In this document: piece after piece, positions 63,918 to 64,000 of the stretch
How positions within the stretch are numbered: position 1 is the stretch's first letter
Layout of the letters: each line of letters starts with the position of its first letter
Source: an uncultured delta proteobacterium
Lineage (GTDB): Bacteria > Chloroflexota > Dehalococcoidia > Dehalococcoidales > BS750m-G39
NCBI GenBank assembly: GCA_963739245.1
Contig: CAVTZP010000005.1
Coordinates: 153,314-217,313 of the forward strand
Reading direction: 5' to 3'
DNA length: 64,000 bases
Notes under the pieces: model-generated
The model's database searches: none
Seen by the model: the letters and a program-made list of their open reading frames with translations, nothing else
Told to the model about the DNA's origin: nothing
Position numbers and translations under genes: made by a program

Positions 63918-64000
63918 ATGGCGGCTATTTTATCCAAGCAGGAAATTCACCGATTACTGAAGAAAACGCCACCTTTAATAGAAGACTATATCAATCTTGA
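63918..64000 (+). CDS. Possible dCTP deaminase; N-terminal 27 codons only, continues beyond the window
   Basis: MAAILSKQEIHRLLKKTPPLIEDYINL resembles the MILSDKDI... start of Dcd proteins. The fragment is too short for certainty. Confidence 0.35.
   Translation, partial: MAAILSKQEIHRLLKKTPPLIEDYINL

Overview
This is a chromosomal window from a bacterium, with mid-range GC by eye. The gene repertoire includes a stand-alone EF-G paralogue, a DRG-like GTPase, PolX, RNase J, CbiMNQO and crotonase/thiolase genes. That hints at an uncultivated Chloroflexota/Dehalococcoidia-like lineage, but this is a low-confidence guess made with no database search. About 60 genes are present and most are housekeeping: uvrB, uvrC, ruvCA, xer, ftsK, secA, valS, glyA, prs, rnj, coaBC/coaX, nnr, acpS, yebC, pcm, a thl-hbd-crt cluster, corA, yhhQ and one tRNA(CAU). 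Small AT-richer accessory inserts are scattered among them. These are an AbiTii-like gene and an NDT-like/TPR gene behind ruvA, a Schlafen/AlbA_2-type ATPase island, a DGQHR (DndB-like) singleton, an IS110-family element with a frameshifted transposase, and a cbiMNQO/LysR/SBP island. Four structures are not explained by ordinary annotation. (1) At four loci the 3' end of a conserved gene (GTPase, a 47-aa ORF, ftsK, tRNA-CAU) is present twice in direct orientation around a short integrase-less cargo, and the differences between the protein-coding copies are mostly synonymous. (2) A modular family of GC-rich hairpin elements with AACCTCACCCCC/GGGGGTGAGGTT ends occupies intergenic regions, mostly pointing at start codons. 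(3) A structured non-coding tail of about 280 nt lies 3' of the IS110-family transposase and is a candidate IS1111-type bridge/seek RNA. (4) A conflict-type gene trio appears to be transcriptionally embedded in the yebC-ruvCA operon. No CRISPR array, rRNA or riboswitch was recognised. All calls come from reading the ORF translations and the sequence by eye. No searches were run.
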